Source: the human T2T-CHM13v2.0 reference genome, Homo sapiens. From it: a stretch of DNA of 64,000 nucleotides. Both the position numbers and the translations under genes were made by a program. Location of the stretch: the NCBI RefSeq assembly GCF_009914755.1, contig NC_060939.1; one strand, written 5' to 3'. The notes below the pieces were generated by a model. It was given only the letters and a program-made list of their open reading frames with translations. It made no database searches and was not told the origin of the DNA. Positions 1 to 12,704 of the stretch are shown one piece after another (position 1 is the first letter of the stretch; each line of letters begins with the position of its first letter).

Positions 1-270
1 ACCATCAAGGTCAGAGGCAAAAGAAGCAACCTGGGGCCCAGTCCATCCCATGGTCTCCAACTTGTGCTTGGGGGTTCCAGCATGCTCTCGCTCTCCTCTG
101 CTTCACATCCATCTTCTCTACCCAACAACCTGGTATGTGGACTTCAAGCTCTAGCACAAGATGCAAAAGCCAAATTCCTCTAACAAATCCTATAACAAAA
201 CCTAATATATATTAATACACGCAGGACCTCCCAGTGGTTCTGCTTCTCTGATTGAACCCTGATTGATACA
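1..270 (+). mobile_element. 3' end of an ERVL/MaLR-type LTR
   Basis: Ends gtggttctgcttctctgattgaaccctgattgataca, a typical ERVL-group LTR terminus (…CA). Confidence 0.5.
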
Positions 271-444
271 CCAAGTAGCTACTAAATGCAAGGTACACTT
301 GAAGTGGTGGCAAAGAGGAACAGGCATAAAACCATAAGCCCACGTTATGATGGAAGGAAAATTGGCTCAAATTGCTCAAATAAAATGGAACAAGAGGATA
401 AAGGCTACAATACAGGCATAAACAATGTGTTCCAGGGGCATGGA

Positions 445-535
445 AGAAGCAAACACTTTGGAGATAGCCAGACCTGAATTATAATCCTGGCACCACCCAA
501 CACCAGCTGCGTGACCTTGGTAAATGTCACCCAGG
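445..535 (+). mobile_element. MIR fragment
   Basis: cagacctgaattataatcctggc...ccagctgcgtgaccttggtaaat resembles the MIR core. Confidence 0.55.
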
Positions 536-2017
536 AGTTGTCTGCTCCTTCCACTTTCCTCTCTCTGAAAGGGAACTTCTGGGAAACAGAGATTGTTTCT
601 GACAGCAGGGAACATGTCAGGAAAGGTTTTATATTAAAGGCTGTCACGTTTCACCTTGCAGGAGCGTGGTTCGGCATAGCATTTTTCCATCTTGTGCAGA
701 AGGAGTTAATGCATTTTGGTGGGATAGTGTGGGAAAAGGTCATCCTGCAAATATTCAAAAGCAATTTCATGAAACAGTGGGCTCTCATCCATCTGCTGTA
801 ACAAACTGGCTGGGCGCTGTGGAGCCTTAAGCACTATACATTCAGCGAAATTATGACTCCCACTAGGGATATATCATATTTTTTTCAAGGCTGAAATGAA
901 AAGATATACAGTGTACTGTATACATAGGCCTATTATGCTGGGGAAAATATCAGAACTAGTTTTTGCTGTTTATGGAAGATCAATGATAAATCAACCTGTA
1001 TAATCTGCAACTGACTGTTTCATTTGTTCTTTAATGTTCCACTGACCTTTTGGAAATGAAGGAACTTCACATAAAACATGTAGTTTGATGAACTTTAATC
1101 TTACCCATAATTGGATAACAAAATTGGGTACGTGGAGTAATTAAAAGGATTGTGATAAAAGAGTCGATCTGCAGTTTCACATTGAGCTTCTTCCATAAAC
1201 CAAGGAGTTCAGTTCAGGGCATATTAGGAAACAAAAAACAGCCCCGTGGGCTAGAAAGCTACATTTTTATTGTTGTTGTTAGAGGGAAAGGTATTTACGG
1301 AGAAGATAGACCATGTCAGTGAGGGCTAATATTATCACCTAGGGAGCTCTGAGATAAGGACATCAGTTTTAAAGATTAGGCTTCGACCTGCTAGTGAGCA
1401 GGAAGTTAACTGCTCGATTTTTCCTTAAGTGAGGTCATTTTTCCAGACTATCTTTAGATTGGTCCATCTATTACACATTTTCCATTGTTGTCGGTTTTAC
1501 AGAAATGCAGACTTGCAATTTGCACGTAAGCCTGCACGTGCCTAATCCTTGTTTCTGGGCTCTCCAGTAGTGCCTGTCATGCCTGCTCACAACCTTAAAA
1601 ACGTCTCTCCTTTGCCCAGCTAAGCCCTGCTGGGCTGGCTCCCCACTCTTTTCTTGAGGCCTCCAAGTCCTGGTATCTGACCTCCAGGACCCTGAGCTGA
1701 ACCTCCAGCAAAGCTACCACTCCTAGAGCATCCCCTCAACCTGGAGCAGTTCTCTCAATCACTGTTTTCTGGCTTTTTCAACACTTCTCCTAGGCCTGTT
1801 CCGGTCCCGCCTTGACCTGCTCCCAACCTCCCCATCCTCAACTACTAACTGACCCCAGACCCAACCTTGTGGATCATCTGCCCTCCAGACCAGCTGTAAC
1901 TCAGCCACTGCACCAGGTCATTAGCCAGGCTACTCTAGTTCCTTCAAATGCTTGCCTTCCAATAACCCTTAAGAAGCTTTTCTTTGTATCACAGTACATG
2001 AAAATAAGGTTAGTTTC

Positions 2018-2128
2018 TCCATTGGAGAGGAGCCAGCAGGGGTGAGAAAGGGTTCCAGAGACGAGGGTCAGAACTGCACTCTAGTCCTACCACTGGTAGC
2101 TGGAAAAAGAACCTAATTTGGAGATACC
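2018..2128 (+). repeat. Local direct duplication, copy 1 (pairs with 3482-3591)
   Basis: 111 vs 110 bp, 3 substitutions and one 1-bp indel. Confidence 0.95.
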
Positions 2129-2559
2129 GAATTATCAAGTGATAGTAAAATAGCCAACAGCCCACAAAGTGCTGATCTACAAGGCACAGATGTGAGATCA
2201 AAGTAAAACAATGGTTAGCAAAGGGACTGGTAAAGCACTGAACAGACATGAATGCTGCTACGCGTGGCCAGATCTGCTTTATAGATGAGGAAACTGCCCA
2301 TCAAAAGAGCCAAGGTGACCCGTCCAAAGCCTCACAGAGAACAAGAGGCAAATTCAGGACTAGAATGCAGGCCAGTCTTCCTACATGCTAGGAATCAGTA
2401 TTTTTGTTTTCTTCTTCTCTTTTTTAATAATCATATTACTTAGATTTTTGTGTATGATAAAACACACAAGACAGACATGGTAACATTTTGCATCCATTGA
2501 TCTTTTTTCTATGCTGGTTCCTCCCCACCAAAATACAATTATTGTGATACACTGCTTTT

Positions 2560-3120
2560 ATTTTATTTTTTTAAAAAAGAGCTTGGACATTCTTCCTCTT
2601 TAAATATTTGTGTATGATGTTTTTAATGACAACAGAGTGTACAACTGGCATGAATGTAGCAACCCCTTATTATTGTATGGTTGTATTTCACTGGGTAGCA
2701 GCAGTCATCACTATTACAATAAAACAGCCTCATGCTGAATATACTTGTATAGAACTTTTGCAAATCGCATACATTATTTCACTGGGATGAATTCCTGAAA
2801 GTAGAATGACAGGGTCAAAAGTCATAGAAAATTATAAGATTTTTGTTATATTCTGCCAACTTTCTCTCCAGAAAGACTAAAAAACATACACTCTCCCAGC
2901 AGTATGAGTGTCCATTTCCCTGCATCATAGCCCAAACTTAACTGGTTTGATTATTTTTTACTACTCACATGGTTTCAGCTTGCATTTCTTTGATGAAATG
3001 TGAAATTAAATAGTTCTTATATTTGTGGCTATCTGTGTCTCCTCTTGTGTGAATTACCTGTTTATGTCCTTTGCCCCTTTACCACTGGGCACACTTCATT
3101 GTTTTCCTACTGATTTGAGT
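2560..3120 (-). mobile_element. Old L1 (L1ME-like) 3' fragment
   Basis: ggatgaattcctgaaagtagaatgacagggtcaaaa...tacactctcccagcagtatgagtgtccatttccc...gtgaattacctgtttatgtcctttgccc are antisense L1M ORF2-end/3' motifs. Confidence 0.7.
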
Positions 3121-3481
3121 AGCACTTACTGGGTAGCCACGGACTAGGACAACCATAGACCTCCAAAGTGGGAAGCATCCTCACATGAGCCAGAGAGAAC
3201 CACAGGAACTGGTCTTGCTAGATAGCCCTGAGAAAAGGAATTGGACCATTTTGCCCTCCTGCATGAGCTCCACTTCTGCTGACAGCTGGTCCTGGAGAAG
3301 GCTGAAGCAGTTGAGGGAGGGTCCACAACAGGACACTACTGCCTCTGTTCTGATTCTGGAACGGGGGAAAGAAGATTGGGGTGGAGGTGAGGAGAAGAGA
3401 AGGGAAGGACAAGAGAAGAAAAGGAGAAAAGGAGGTGGGTGAGAGACGAAGGGGAGGGAGTTGGTGCAGGACAGTGGGGAA

Positions 3482-3591
3482 TCCACTGGAGAGGAGCCAG
3501 CAGGGGTGAGAAAGGGTTCCAGAGACCAGGGTCAGAACTGCACTCTAGTCCTACCACTGGCAGCTGGAAAAGAACCTAATTTGGAGATACC
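3482..3591 (+). repeat. Local direct duplication, copy 2 (pairs with 2018-2128)
   Basis: Near-identical to 2018-2128. Confidence 0.95.
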
Positions 3592-4289
3592 CTCAAGCAG
3601 GCAAAGGAAACTTACATTAGTGGAGGGAGGAAGGGAAGGGGCAAGTGACTACTACAATTCCCAAGCCAAGTACCCTGGGCTTATACCTGATTCCCAGAAT
3701 CCAAGTCCCTTTCCACAATATCCCTCTGCCTTCTGCATGAAAGCCATCGCAAATTAATGTACCTCTAAGAGGCAAATAACTTCCTCTTAGATTGAACTGC
3801 TAGCAAAAGACCAGTCATTTGTCATCTCTGATTAAAATGTCCCTGGAAAAAATTAGAAATAATTCAGCAAAGAGAGCTACCACTCTCTCTTTGGAGAGAG
3901 TTACAGAATGCAAACTAAAGTCGAAGGTGGTGGTAAAGGCAGCATGCTGCCCCTCTGCATATCAGAATAACCAGGCTCCTTCCTGCCACTATATATACAG
4001 GGTTCACTGGGTGGGTGGGGTCACTAGGGTCACCAGAATATGCAACCAGAGCAAGAAGGACTCTAAAGAGCCACTTATTCAGTGCTTCTCAAGTGTGCCT
4101 TTGTCAGAAGCACTTGCTAGCACAACAAATCAGTCTTTTTTTTCTGGAAATTCTGGTTCAGTACATCTAGGATAGGACCAGAAAAATCAACATTTTTAAA
4201 CAACAGACTAAGGTGGTTCTTATGATGTGGCAAGGAGTTGATTTTGTCCAGTGCATCTTACATTCAAATCACCCAAAGAGATTAAAAAC

Positions 4290-5910
4290 CACTATCAGGG
4301 AGTTCCATTTCTGCCTTTGATAGGCTAATATATTCAGATCAACTCTACTACCAAGAACAAATAGAAATGCCCTGTTTGAACGCATCAGAGAGCTATCAAA
4401 TGTGGTGAGGTCTTACGGCACCAAGATCTCAGAGAGAAAGAAAGCACAGAACTGAACCTGATATTTGGCACAGCTTTTTGCCTCAAAGCATTTGTTGATT
4501 CTTAAGAAAAACTTAAAAGCTGAGAAGCTGTGCTTTGTAGAAACTGATCAGTGAAGAAGCCAAGAGGAGAAATGAAGTAGAAACTGGCAGCCAGGAGTCT
4601 ACAAAGCTAAGCAGAGCTTTGCTGCCCCACCATCCTGGGGAAACAAAAATAGTGCAGCCATCACCAAAAAGGAGCGGCCCTGGTATGCAACCCAAGCTTT
4701 CAGAAGGAACTCCTGAAGCCTGGGAATAAGGACTAACCCAAATAAGCCAGTATTCACAAAAACTAAAGACTGGCTTCAAATCTGCTCAATCCCAGACTGG
4801 ATTATAACAATCTGCCCCTATCTTGACTTCCAAAAGCAGAAAGAAGTAAATGCTCTAAGGGGAAAATAGCATCATCCAGAGGCTCAAATTCTCTCTTCAG
4901 TTTTTCATACACAATGCCTGACATTCAATAAAAAGTTACAAAAACAAGACCAGGTGTGGTGGCGCTCACGTCTGTAATACCAGCAGTTTGGGAGGCGAGG
5001 CGGGCAGATCACGAGGCCAGGAGATCAAGACCATCCTGGATAACGTGGTGAAACCCCGTCTCTACTAAAAATACAAAAAAAAAAAAAATTAGCCAGGAGT
5101 GGTGGCATGTGCCTGTAGGCCCAGATACTTGGGAGGCTGAGGCAGGAAAATCGCTTGAATGCAGGAGGTGGAGGTTGCAGTGAGCCAAGAGATCACGCCA
5201 CTGCACTCCAGCCTGGGCAACAGAGTGAGACTCCATCTCAAAAAAAAAAAAACAAACTTTTTTTAAATAAATGAATTATGAAGCATATTGGGAGATGTGC
5301 AAGGCCAGAAACCAAGAGAAAAAATAGACATAGAAAGAAAAAGCTCTAAGGAGACTCTGATGTTGGAATGATCACACAAAGACTTTCAAAATAACTGATT
5401 AATATGTCCAAGAAATTAATTTTAGCAAAGAGTTAAAATCTATTTTAAAAAATCAAATGAAAATTCTAGAACTGAAAAATACAATAATTAAAACTAAGAA
5501 CTAAATAGATGGGTTTAATAGCAAACTAGACACAGCTGATAAAAAGATTAGTGAATTCAGAGATAGGTCAATAGAAAATATCCACACTGAAAGAATGAGA
5601 GGAAAAAATGAATGGAAAATACAGGTGGTAGTAGAGGGGCATGTATGGGACATAATGGGACATGGCAAGCAGGTCCAACATACATGTACTTGGAGTCCTG
5701 GAGAGGAAAACAACAAATGGGTCAGAAACAATTTTTACAGACATGATGACTGAGAATTTTCCAACACTGACAAAAGGTATCAAATCACAGATTCTAGAAG
5801 TGTTATGAACCCTAGAGGAGTTCAAAGAAAACCACATTTAGGCACATGTAGTAAAACTGCTAAAAAACAAAAACAAATGGGAAAATCTTAAAAACAACCA
5901 AAGTTAAAAA
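4290..5910 (+). mobile_element. Old L1M 5'UTR/ORF1 fragment, interrupted by an Alu
   Basis: aaattctagaactgaaaaatacaata...gatgggtttaatagcaaactagacacagctga...gagaattttccaacactga is the L1 ORF1 coiled-coil region. Confidence 0.7.
4948..5252 (+). mobile_element. Alu (S family)
   Basis: Dimeric Alu with A-rich linker and poly(A) tail. Confidence 0.95.
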
Positions 5911-6499
5911 GTAAATCAATTTTTAATTTATTAATCCATTATTTACTTTCATTATGTATTAATGGTCAATTATATCAGAATCTCTGAGAGTTAGGCCAGG
6001 GCATGGGGCAAGTGGAGAGGGCTTTTTACAAATATACATTCTAGAGCACCATTAGAGATTGTGATTGAGCCAACTTGGGGCAAGGCCCATGAATCAACAT
6101 TTTCAGCCATCAACAATGGAGTTGATTCTGATGTAGAAGTTCACAAACTACACTTCCTCAAACGTAGCTCTGTCCTTATCCCTTTATAACTAAGGAAACA
6201 GAGGCCCATCCAGGTAAGACTGAGGTCAGCTCAAGGTTATACTGTGAATCAATGGCAGGGCCACAGATAGCACATTGTACAGTCACATGGCAATTCCAAG
6301 AAGCAACTCTTCTAACCTGGTACCTACAGGCATCCTAGTCCACAGCAAGGAAGGCAGGGGTCCCAAGTGCCTGTAAGGATTCTTAGCCACAGGAAAGATA
6401 TCAGGAAGGGATTGAAAATACTTGCTCACCTCTACAGGACAGGCATGTGTGAGGCACTTTTACAAATTCCTTTTGATTCCAAAAGTGGGCCCAACTCTA

Positions 6500-6680
6500 T
6501 ACCATTTATCCAACTTACTATACTGTATTAAATGCTTGATCCATTATCTCTTTTAACCTTTACCACAAACCTATGAGGTAGATATTATTATCATTCCTCA
6601 TTTTATAGAGGCACAGAGAAGTTAAGTGACATACACAGGGTCACACAGATAAGTGGGGGAGTCAGGAAATGAACCTATTT
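6500..6680 (-). mobile_element. MIR
   Basis: cctatgaggtagatattattatc...ttttatagaggcacagagaagttaagtgac...gggtcacacag. Confidence 0.75.
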
Positions 6681-7099
6681 AGAGTATACATTACTCCTCC
6701 GTTCTACTGCCCAAACCTGACTCCCCTATCCCCACCCACCCACCAATTCTCACACACTTACCCTGCAGGTCAAAGGGTGGCTTCTTTAACATCTCCGGCT
6801 CTAGACTGTTTTTGGTGATGGGATAAGCCCAATGGAGCAAAAGGAGAACAGGAACTGGAACTGGACCCCTAGGTAATCACCCTAGCACCGCCACTCCACT
6901 CTGTGGATTCACCAAAGTTCCTTCCCTCCTGTGGAGGTCAATTTCTTCATTTGGAAAAGAGGGTTTTCATACCTATCTCATGATTGTGGTGAGATTAAAT
7001 ACCTTTGAAAGCCTTTCACTACTCCAAATGTGAGCTCCAGAGTGTGGCTGACATGGGAGGGGATAAGTGTGGGCTCTACTGTTCTTGGAAAGACCTAGG

Positions 7100-7405
7100 C
7101 ACCGTGTCCCATAGTGGCTGGCTGCACCGTGGACGGCTCCCGAGAAGCTGGGAGGCTCAGTCTACAGAGTGACGCTGTGCTGCCGGCCCGCAGTGTGCCG
7201 CAGTGTTCATTTCCGCGAGAGCCTACGCCTTTACGAGGTGAGCTCATGCTCTGTCCACTATCCGCACAGCCGACAATTCCCACATTATTAAATGGCTCGC
7301 TGGCTGCACTTATTTTATAAAATAGCATGAGCAGCCATGCAGTTATCTATAGGTTTTTCAGTAAACTTGGAAATCTGATCATCTCAGTCTCTGAAATTTC
7401 CCTTC
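7100..7405. promoter_or_regulatory. CpG-rich unique element, candidate enhancer
   Basis: 15 CpGs in about 200 bp against a CpG-depleted background. TTTACGAG at 7230-7237 and a 14-bp AT palindrome at 7311-7324. Confidence 0.4.
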
Positions 7406-7819
7406 TGGTGGCTGATGTTGATGAGATTTTTTTTTCCTACTTTTATCTAGGCTTTAATAAAAGGCTGATAGATTAAATGGTATGAAAAAATGCTTTTACA
7501 AGTGATAATAATACAGACAGGGGTAATTCTGCGCAAAACTGTCAAGAGAATAAAATGAGGTATGGAACTCTCCCCTCTCCTTTTGTTACCTTTCATCTCC
7601 ATGGGGGTTGGGGGCTGTGACCCACCTTCACCCCTGCTGCAGCTGCCCTGAGCTCAGCATCCTCAGGTGATTTTCTATGATATTTGGAAATCTTTTATAG
7701 CCCCTTTGCCCCTAGAACAAAACTCCTATTGTGCTGCCTTCTACCAAATAACATGTTGGGGGTTTAGTAATCACATGACAAAGATCTTTCCTCTGCAGAC
7801 AGGCCTATATCCCTGGGGT

Positions 7820-7965
7820 TCAAGGGGAAGGATTAGAGAGGAAAAGAGGGGAAGGTCGAGGCGGAGGTCAGGGATGAGCAATAAGAAGAGAGGAGGAAGA
7901 AGAGACAGAAGGATAAAGGGAGACAGGAAGAGGAAGATGGGTATGGAGGGGGAGAAGGGGGATGT
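7820..7965 (+). repeat. GA-rich low-complexity polypurine tract
   Basis: Almost purely A/G on the + strand; a similar tract lies at about 3362-3460. Confidence 0.7.
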
Positions 7966-8594
7966 GTAGTGGTTGGAACATCTGCAGAGACTGAAAAAGC
8001 AAGAAATGTAACAACTTGGTGAAGACACAAAGGCTTGTAAGGAAACCAAGAGAAAAGCCAGGTTTGGGGAAAATGTCAGAGTCCAACAGAATAGACTAGC
8101 CAGCTGGGGATGGGTTGAGTCTTGGGGCTTCATAACCAGAGAGAATTAAGCCTAAAGGGCATGCCTAAGCTAACAGAGACCCCATTGGGCCCAGCCTTCC
8201 TTGGAAGGAGCTGATTACTGCAGACCTGACCTGAAGGGCTGAGCTAAAGCAGCTGCTCTTGCCCTGGCCCAGGGTGTCCTGGTGGGAGGCAAGGTGAGGC
8301 CTTTGTGGCAGCCTCTTTGGCCATGTGAGGACGGCCTGGTCTAGCAAGCGGGTATAGGTCCTGCAGGGGAGACCAACGCTAAGCACCACAGGAAAGGAAC
8401 CCTATTCTCAGCCTTCCTGGTACGGGCCCAGTGACTGCCCCTTCAAATCTGTCACATTCCCATAGAAGCCTTTGTAGACTCAGGTACATGAGGTAACTCA
8501 AGCAACCAGGCCCAACGTGAGCTGGAAGCTTCAGGACCCCTGTGAGGGCTGGAGAAGAGAGCCAGGAGTCCTCCCCTTCCCCTGCACTCCAAAT

Positions 8595-8795
8595 GAGGAG
8601 CAGGTAAAGGGCACTGAAAAGAACATGGGCTTTCAGATCAGAGGACACTTAGTTCCTTGGTTCAAATCCCAAGCCAGCACATCCTTGGAAGATGGCCTTG
8701 GCCTCAGTTTCATCTTCTATAAAATCAGGACAGTGATACTTCATAGTGTTGTGAAACTAGATATGCTAATATATGTAAATATATGGAAAGTAGTT
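8595..8795 (+). mobile_element. MIR
   Basis: gaacatgggctttcagatcag...ggttcaaatccc...gcctcagtttcatcttctataaaatcagga. Confidence 0.65.
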
Positions 8796-9004
8796 GTTCC
8801 ACACTTCCTCTTCCCCAGCTCCATGTGAGCACATGGAAGGACTTTGGCCAGAGCGACACACCTGTCCTTTCACTCCTCCTCCCCTCACTCCTCCTCACTT
8901 TGGGTGGTGAGTTACATAGAAGGAGCAGAGCATGTTAGATTCAGCCCCATCTGGTTTCTTTATTTTGGATCTGACCCCCCACAGGAAGAGTGCTCTTTCT
9001 TCAA

Positions 9005-9054
9005 TACCACCTGTATTTTCCATTCATTTTTTCCTCTCATTCTTTCAGTGTGGA
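9005..9054 (-). repeat. Perfect 50-bp inverted copy of 5581-5630
   Basis: 9005-9054 is the exact reverse complement of 5581-5630 (50/50). Confidence 0.97.
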
Positions 9055-9911
9055 CATGCCATGCGCTGAGCTCCTGCCCTAATGAGAAAGCCTACGGTGT
9101 CTGGCCAGTTCTTCTCGTGAATGGTTGGAGAATGGATGTCTCTGATGTAGGAGTCTAGTACTAGGAAGCTGTATACCCAGGCTACATCCACCAATCCATT
9201 ATTAATCAAGCTGATCTTTCGACCTAGCCCCATATGACCCCTGTGTCTGTCAGGTGGTTCTGAACTCAGGGGAGGAAGAGTGATATTTGGTGGCTTTCTG
9301 ATACATAGAAAGTACTCATTAGTACCAGCTACATATGCATCCCCAGAGGCAGGGTCCTTCCACTAAATCTTCTGGTGACTCTCAGTCCACCTGAAGGGAC
9401 ACTTATCCCCCTATATAAAGTAACCCCAAATGAGCAAGAATTGGTCAGCAAGCCATAGTCTTCCATTTCAGTTGTATGATGGACCTTGGGAAAAACAAGA
9501 GTTTTATTTCTAACTTGCCTCTGTCCCAGAATCTTGACACCACTCTGCTCTTTGTCAATGTGTGATCTTAAATGAGCCACCACATCCTCTGCTTAGAGCT
9601 CCCATCCTCAACCCACATATTTATTTGACTTCCTCCAAGAAAACTTCAGATACCGTGGTCTGGAAGACACAGGTTGCTTCTCTTTCCTCTCCACTACCCC
9701 AGGTAGTTCTAATCACAGGGCCCTGATTCCCAACCCAAACAAGGCCAATCAGAGGCTCCCTTCCAGGGATTTAAATATTGAGCAGAGATACCCTGGTGGT
9801 ACCCTAAGAGGTTTAAAAGTTTCTACCACTAAGATTTCTGGGGCTCCCCTGCTTTGTGTCCTTCCTGCTGCCTATGTTTAGTTTGATTTTGCAAACTCCC
9901 CAGTATCATTC

Positions 9912-10345
9912 TGTTGTAGTTCAAGTTCCCCAGGAAACAGATTGAGCTGGTGATTTGTGTGCAGAAAGATTACTGGAAAGTGCTCTCAGCAACAACACCT
10001 GTGAGGGAGGAAAGGAAGCAGGATTGAGCAGAGACTAGGACCTGAAATGAAACTGTGCACTGCACATAGGCCTCAGCCAATTCCTGGGGAGCTGGAGCTA
10101 GGATGGCCCTTCAGAGGTGTCCTGCCTTGAAGCAACGAAGGCTTTGCACCTCCAAAATGACCAGGTATTGGGTATAGGCTGCCATCAAGAAGGGGCTGTA
10201 ACCTTGGGCAAGGTGGCCCTCCTTAGCCAAGAACAATTGCAGGGGAGGCCTCAGCTCAGAGCTACCTGCCGCCAACATCCTGGGAGCTGGAGGAGAGCAT
10301 ACCTCAGTCCTAATGAGGAATTGGGAGGCATGCCACAGCATCTAG
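9912..10345 (-). mobile_element. LTR33-like solo LTR (ERVL)
   Basis: gttccccaggaaacag...gtgctctcagcaacaacacctgtgaggga...ggatggcccttcagag...taaccttgggcaagg matches the recalled LTR33 consensus (antisense). Confidence 0.75.
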
Positions 10346-10749
10346 TCCTCCTTCCAATAGCTCGCTTTTTTCTTACTTTAGTCTTTGCTTGAAGCAAAGA
10401 ACCATAACTGATATACAAAGCAATCTTAGACTATAGACTCCAATTTACCTCCTGCTCTTAGAGACCCTCTTCAACATCTAAATCAAGGTTTATCTGTCCA
10501 CCTCAAATTACCCCCCATTCAAAAACCAGAACAAGAACAAGAACTCACATCAACAGGAATGCTGTGCGAGCTGTTAAGCAGTGTGGGGTTCTGCTTGGCA
10601 ATCAGTCTATGACTGTCAGCTCTTCATTTCCAGTAATGATGTACAGAAGGATGTTAGATGGGACTTCTCCTTTGGTCTAGAATTTTCCACAAAGCAAGGA
10701 CAATAAATGACAAGTATCACCATATTCTAAAGAGAGGTAATGAACATGT

Positions 10750-11290
10750 TGTTTTAGACTGGGTCCCCAAAAAAGCAGTGCCTGGGACAAGGAATTGCAT
10801 GCAGAAAGTATATTTTGGGAAATGATCCCCAAAAAACAGGAGTGGGGACTGGGAAGACGGAAACAGAAGGAAGGCCAATTTGAGGGTGAATTATCCACCT
10901 GGTTCCCACCATGGGCACAGAAGTTCGCTGCTACTAGCCTGACAATCCTCTCAGGAATGATGGAGAATACACCTCGGAATTGTCTGCCAAAGGGTTGGAA
11001 GACAAGATAATTTATCCACTGGCTTCTAATCCACACTGGCCAAGCATTCATTACCCCTTGAGGTGTTAACTACCACACACTTCCAGGTTTGTACATGCAC
11101 CAGAATGACTGAGAAGGTCCTTGCAAGGGTCTCACTCAGATGTGACATTCCAGGGTTGAAAATCATGCAGGTGAGGAGAACTGCTGTCTGGCTTCACCTG
11201 TATGCAGCCAGTCTGCTGTACCCAATGGCTGGAGGGAAAAAAGTGGTCTGAAAGGATGTAGGTGCAGGACAAGGGGTGTCCAACATGCAC
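10750..11290 (-). mobile_element. ERVL-type LTR (LTR33/LTR40/LTR41-like)
   Basis: tgggtccccaaaaaagcagtgcctgggacaagg...ttttgggaaatgatcccc...atttatccactggc. Subfamily uncertain. Confidence 0.55.
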
Positions 11291-12496
11291 ATCCATGCAG
11301 GATTTACCAACAGAGAGCCAGAATGGCTCTTTAGTCGCCGCCACCATCCTTCTCCAGGCTGTATTAGAAAAAAAGAGATTAAGCAGACTCTTTGAAGAAA
11401 GAGGACTTATAAGTGTAAGGGTGCTGTGACATTTTCCTTCCCCTCCCCACGATTCCCTGCCATCACTCCAAGCCAAGTAAAGGCTGCTTCAGAGTATGGA
11501 AGTGTTTGCCAAAAGAGGAATCTACCTCCTGGCAGAATCAGACACCCTGGTGCTACTGTTAGCTCTGGGAGGAGAGGAACAGCAGTTCCTGGGAGAATGT
11601 GACACGTGACTTCCAGCACTTGGGGAAGTAGCAGAACTCTGACAGTTGTGGACTGTCTGGAGCAGCCCTCAAGAGTAGCATGGGAGCAGGTGACACTTCC
11701 AGTCTGGCGTGCAGCCAATTACCTATTTAGTCGAGTAGTCACCTCAAGTGGAACTATTAATAGACTCAAGTCATCCTGAAAGGACTTGGTCAAGAAGGCT
11801 GCCACTGGGCTAGGGAACTTCAGGAGTGTGCTTCTGCAGGGCAGGATCTGAGCGGAGACTGTCAGAAGTAAGCTAGAGAATGGTACAATACACACAGTGC
11901 CAGCAGAGGTTCTCCATAAAAACCACAAAGGAAATCTAAGAAAATCCACTGGGCATTTGACACACAGAAGGCACTGATGGCCAGGTTATACTAGCACTGA
12001 TTCGAGGTGGCTTTGCCTTTCTCCTTGACTGTCAGAACCTTCAAAGCCATTAGAAAGGTTGTGGAGCAAGGAAAATGAAATTCTACACCAAGACTACGTC
12101 TGAGCTGGGAGAGGAGGGGGACATAGAAGAAAGAAACAAGCATAAAACTGGATAAGAAAATGAAATTTTGATTTAAGATTGGGCTGAACTTTTTGATCCC
12201 TGAAAATGGAACTTCTTTTTATATCTGAAATGTGACAAAAAAATGAAAAGATTTTCCCTAGATATGTTCCTGGGCAGGAAAGGCAGATCCAATTGATCTG
12301 AAAAAGAATAAGTTGATTGTACCTTCCAGGACTGGGAGTCATCCTTGAAACCAGATGTAGGCTGTGGTCCTCACCAGATGTTAGCACTTGGAGGACAAGA
12401 AGGCATATGAGACCAGAGAACATACCTGGGACCAGCTGCACACCTGCAGAAAGCCACTGGCTTGAGGACTATACTTCCTCCACCCTATGTAGCCAT

Positions 12497-12704
12497 TTTT
12501 TTTTTTTTTTTTTGAGATGGGGTCTCACTCTGATGCCCAGGCTGGAGTGCAGTGATACAATCTTGGTTCACTGTAGCCTCAACCTCCTGGGCTCAAGCGA
12601 TCCTCCCACCTCAGCATCCTGAGTAGCTGGGACTATAGGCACGTGCCATCATGCCCAACTAATTTTTTTAATTTGTAGAGACAAGATCTATGTTGCCCAG
12701 GCTG
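12497..12704 (-). mobile_element. 5'-truncated AluJ
   Basis: Right arm plus part of the left arm, J-type ctcctgggctcaagcgatcctcc, TSD cctatgtagc/cctgtgtagc. Confidence 0.9.

Noticed and set aside
7667-8133. Overlapping Arg/Gly-rich and Leu/Ser/Pro-rich ORFs
   Set aside because: Artefacts of a GA-rich low-complexity tract.
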